From a virus (taxonomy: Duplodnaviria > Heunggongvirae > Uroviricota > Caudoviricetes), in the IMG/VR virus record IMGVR_UViG_2740892273_000003: a stretch of 44,348 bases of DNA. The stretch is one strand, 5' to 3'. Under the pieces are notes generated by a model. That model was not told the origin of the DNA, did no database searches, and was given only the letters and a program-made list of their open reading frames with translations. Shown in pieces: positions 41,347 through 44,348 of the stretch (positions are counted from its first letter, which is position 1; the number at the start of each line of letters is the position of its first letter). The translations under genes were made by a program, and so were the position numbers.

Positions 41347-42125
41347 GCGCGTTAGCAGTCTTTTCCTTTCAGGAAGAGCATCAGGTTCGTGTAGTGATGA
41401 TTAACGGTGAGCCGTGGTTTGTGGCTAAGGATGTATGTGATGCTTTAAGACTCGTTAATTCCCGGAAGGCGCTAATGTCTCTGGATGAGGATGAAAAGGG
41501 TGTAACTTTAAGTTACACCCCTGGCGGAGAGCAAAAGCTAAATATTATTTCAGAGTCAGGTCTATACACCCTGATCCTCCGCTGCCGTGACGCGGTGAAG
41601 CAAGGCACAACAGCTTGGCGGTTTCGCAAATGGGTAACGAACGAAGTCTTGCCCTCTATTCGCAAAAATGGAGAGTACGTTTACATCGAGCCTGAGCCAA
41701 TGCGAGCAGCGGAGCCGTTGAACTGGAGGCAGAAAGAGTATCTGCGAGGGCTGATTAACGATATAGCACAAAGTTTTCAGTACCGAAATGCCTGGATTAG
41801 CGGTGTATGGTTAGCTTTGCGTCGGGCGTGTCGTAATCCATCCCCGAACCCCATAACGGTTGATGATTTGCCAGCAATTACGGCAGAACTGCGCCGGATT
41901 TTGACGGCTGCTGAGTCGGCATTGGGGAACATGCGCACGTATGAACGAGAGTTGTTGCGTGATGTTGTTCGTGGGGGTAGGCGGAGTATGTCGTGTGGTG
42001 ATTTACCCATCACCGATATTAACTCTGATCTGGAAAAGGCGTTACCCGCGCATTTTGAACTGGCAGTTCAAAAACTTGAGCAGTTATCCGCGCAGCTAAA
42101 GCCAGCAGAAATCACCAATAAATAG
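41343..42125 (+). CDS. ant: Antirepressor with Bro-N domain (260 aa)
   Basis: N-terminal FSFQEEHQVRVVMINGEPWFVAKDVCDALRL...SESGLYTLILR...KWVTNEVLPSIRKNG matches the Bro-N domain pattern. Confidence 0.7.
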   Translation: MSALAVFSFQEEHQVRVVMINGEPWFVAKDVCDALRLVNSRKALMSLDEDEKGVTLSYTPGGEQKLNIISESGLYTLILRCRDAVKQGTTAWRFRKWVTNEVLPSIRKNGEYVYIEPEPMRAAEPLNWRQKEYLRGLINDIAQSFQYRNAWISGVWLALRRACRNPSPNPITVDDLPAITAELRRILTAAESALGNMRTYERELLRDVVRGGRRSMSCGDLPITDINSDLEKALPAHFELAVQKLEQLSAQLKPAEITNK

Positions 42126-42147
42126 GGTTGACCAGCCCGAATTTATG

Positions 42148-42164
42148 CCCTTCTTAGAGAAGGG
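42148..42164 (+). terminator. Hairpin CCCTTCT-tag-AGAAGGG just after ant
   Basis: Perfect 7-bp stem; no T-run, so terminator function is uncertain. Confidence 0.3.
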
Positions 42165-42261
42165 AAGCCTCGCAGTCGGGGCGGTGATGTCTGTGGTTGC
42201 AGCCGCGTTTCCTCCGTTACTTCTGCCCTTTGCAGGGGGCAGGCGAGGTAGGTCACACAAC

Positions 42262-42285
42262 AAGGCACCGTTAATTCGGTGCCTT
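42262..42285. terminator. Bidirectional terminator between convergent ant and telN
   Basis: AAGGCACCG-ttaatt-CGGTGCCTT with flanking A/T. Confidence 0.55.
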
Positions 42286-42296
42286 TACTGTATGCT

Positions 42297-44198
42297 TTAA
42301 CCGAAATATGTCAGCCATGCTAACTGCATTGCTGACATGGGGCTGTTTGCACTGCCGGACCACGCATAATTCTGGCCATTATAATGAAACTCAACAACGT
42401 ATGAGCCATCACCAATATTTCTCACCGGCTTAAATACCGGCTTAGATACAGGCGAAGAAGGTGCAGGCGGTTGCTGTTCTTCTACGCTATCTTCCTCTTC
42501 CTCTTCCTCTTCCTCTATCTCAATTTCGTCGTCATCCAGATCGTCATCCTCTGATAATTCATCCGCCAGTTCAGGTATTGCTTCCAGTTCTTCTTCGTCA
42601 GGCATAACGATTTCTGGAGTATCTATTTTCAGTTGCCATTGTCCGTTTTCGCCAACAAATTGCCCCAGAGCATCAGCAGCAAATTCCAGGTATCGACTAA
42701 TCATTGTTGGGCTAAATTTGAACGCTCTTAGAGTGCTGTTCGTGATTTTTATAGAGGGGTCCTGCTCTACCAGCTGCTTAACTGTGTTATGCAGACGAAC
42801 CCCGGCATCTCCTCTGGCGAATCCAGGCATTTCGTCATCAAGCTGCTGCAATGCTTCCAGCCTGGTATTTTCGTTTCCAGTATTTGGCCTCCATGTCTTT
42901 GAGAAGTTGGCCAGCTTGAATTGCTTATAGTGTAATTGAGTGTTTTCATCGTCATGGCCTAAAATTTCCATAAAGAAAACATCTTCATCTACGTTTTTCC
43001 AACGAGGATCTACGCGGAAAAACATTTCATACGCAATACGGGCATAAATAGCACGACTATCTTTATAAACACGGCGGTCATCTTTGAAAAATGATTTAAC
43101 CCACGGGTTAAAAGCCTTTGCTAATATGGCATTAATACGTCCGTTTTCAGAGCGTGTGTCGTTATCTCCATAACCTTTAACGACATCATCAAAATCAGAT
43201 GCTGCTGGGCATGAGCGAAGTACATTTATTAAATAAACAAATGTTTTTGCTTCGCATAATGTATATATTTTTCTGGTTATATCATCAGAAGTTCTTTTTT
43301 TAGCTTGGCCTAAAAAATCAACGGTATACTTACCAGAAACAGTAAATGTACCTTGATACATAATCTCAATCATTCGTCTTCCTGACAATGCAGCAAGTGC
43401 AAATGCCAAAGGAGCCATACCTGAACGAGTGTTTAGATTATTTAATGTAGCAGGGCTATTTATAATATCGTAAATAGCTTGCATATATTTAGGGTAATCA
43501 ATGACCACCACGTTACGTTTCTTATTGTGCAGAACGTCCGCCCATCGTTGCTGGATAGATGCACGTTCGGCAGGGCTTAGTTGAAGATGATAGAGAATCT
43601 CATGGTTAACTTTTAGCTGATTCAACTCCTCAAGTAAGGCAGATCCTTGCTGTAGTAATTTATATAAATAATCGCGCTTATCTTTCCAGTTATCGCTGGT
43701 TAAATCAGAAATGGCGAATTGCCACTCTTTATATTTATTTGATAATTTCAATAACTTATTATGACTTTTGTTATCGCCAATTCTGATATTAGATAAATCT
43801 TCTGATAGAGGGAGAATTAATTTTAATTTTGCCTGTAAAGCTGACATTCTCTGGCGAATATCGGCAGCAGGTAGAGAAAGCCATGACAATAGCTCCTCAT
43901 TATATAAAGGATACTTTTCAGATAGGCGATGTATATTTTTTTCAAAGCTATGATGAAGTTTATCATCAAACCGTTTTCTGGCCCTGCTCATATAGGCATT
44001 GAATGTGTTGGCTGTAATTCTTTTTTCTAATCCTTTCCCCCTAAACTTTCGCTTGTCATTAAATAATGCATTTTTAAATTTTAATGCAACAGCCTTTATT
44101 TTTTTTGTTTTCTCCCCTTGAGGACGGTCAGAGTTATCTATTGACTCAACATCGCTAACAAGTGAGTTTATTAATTCACCGATTTTTACTTTGCTCAT
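42297..44198 (-). CDS. telN: Protelomerase (telomere resolvase), TelN-like (633 aa)
   Basis: N-terminus MSKVKIGELIN..., internal blocks such as RITANTFNAYMSRARKRFDD and WRPN..ENTRL, and a C-terminal acidic tract match the N15 TelN protein as recalled; length is close to the 631-aa N15 protein. Confidence 0.8.
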   Translation of the reverse strand: MSKVKIGELINSLVSDVESIDNSDRPQGEKTKKIKAVALKFKNALFNDKRKFRGKGLEKRITANTFNAYMSRARKRFDDKLHHSFEKNIHRLSEKYPLYNEELLSWLSLPAADIRQRMSALQAKLKLILPLSEDLSNIRIGDNKSHNKLLKLSNKYKEWQFAISDLTSDNWKDKRDYLYKLLQQGSALLEELNQLKVNHEILYHLQLSPAERASIQQRWADVLHNKKRNVVVIDYPKYMQAIYDIINSPATLNNLNTRSGMAPLAFALAALSGRRMIEIMYQGTFTVSGKYTVDFLGQAKKRTSDDITRKIYTLCEAKTFVYLINVLRSCPAASDFDDVVKGYGDNDTRSENGRINAILAKAFNPWVKSFFKDDRRVYKDSRAIYARIAYEMFFRVDPRWKNVDEDVFFMEILGHDDENTQLHYKQFKLANFSKTWRPNTGNENTRLEALQQLDDEMPGFARGDAGVRLHNTVKQLVEQDPSIKITNSTLRAFKFSPTMISRYLEFAADALGQFVGENGQWQLKIDTPEIVMPDEEELEAIPELADELSEDDDLDDDEIEIEEEEEEEEDSVEEQQPPAPSSPVSKPVFKPVRNIGDGSYVVEFHYNGQNYAWSGSANSPMSAMQLAWLTYFG

Positions 44199-44289
44199 CT
44201 TTCCTCTCCTGATTATCCGCTCGGATTATCGTAACACAATTTGAGAATAAGATAACTAATAACGCGTTAACTTAGGCACAAACTAACAG

Positions 44290-44327
44290 AACACAATAAC
44301 GGATAATAAATAAAAACACAATATCGG
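44290..44327. repeat. Two direct copies of AACACAATA(A/T)CGG, 25 bp apart, ~90-130 bp upstream of telN
   Basis: Both copies contain a CACAAT core resembling the outer TelN-binding repeats of the N15 telomere-resolution site as recalled; the window ends 21 bp later. Confidence 0.35.
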
Positions 44328-44348
44328 AACGTTAAAATTTGTTCCTTG

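Noticed and set aside
42126-42296. Telomere-resolution site between ant and telN
   Set aside because: Only short terminator-type hairpins are present; there is no ~50-bp palindrome with a CG-alternating core, and the region lies downstream, not upstream, of telN.

Overview
The window is almost entirely one temperate siphophage genome with a mosaic build. Positions ~840-23,900 (minus strand) carry a near-complete lambda-type virion module (tfa, stf, lom, J, I, K, L, M, H, G/GT, V, U, Z, FII, FI, E, D, C, B, W, A, nu1) ending in a lambda-like cos site. Positions ~24,000-44,200 carry an N15-type linear-plasmid-prophage backbone: lysis cassette (pinholin-like S, SAR endolysin, Rz/Rz1), orphan DNA methyltransferase, a gp49/HigB-like toxin with HTH antitoxin, an early operon of small unknown genes, cro and a cB-type repressor, a 1331-aa primase-helicase RepA, an icd/Bro-N antirepressor locus, and a TelN-like protelomerase. 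Five copies of a 16-bp sopC-like palindrome are dispersed through the element, but no sopAB genes or telomere-resolution site lie inside the window. Positions 1-90 are the end of an IS1 element. No rRNA, tRNA or CRISPR array was found. All homology statements are from reading the translations and from memory of lambda, N15, F and IS1; no database search was run. CDS coordinates follow the supplied ORF track; coordinates I derived by hand (motifs, alternative starts) may be off by 1-2 nt.
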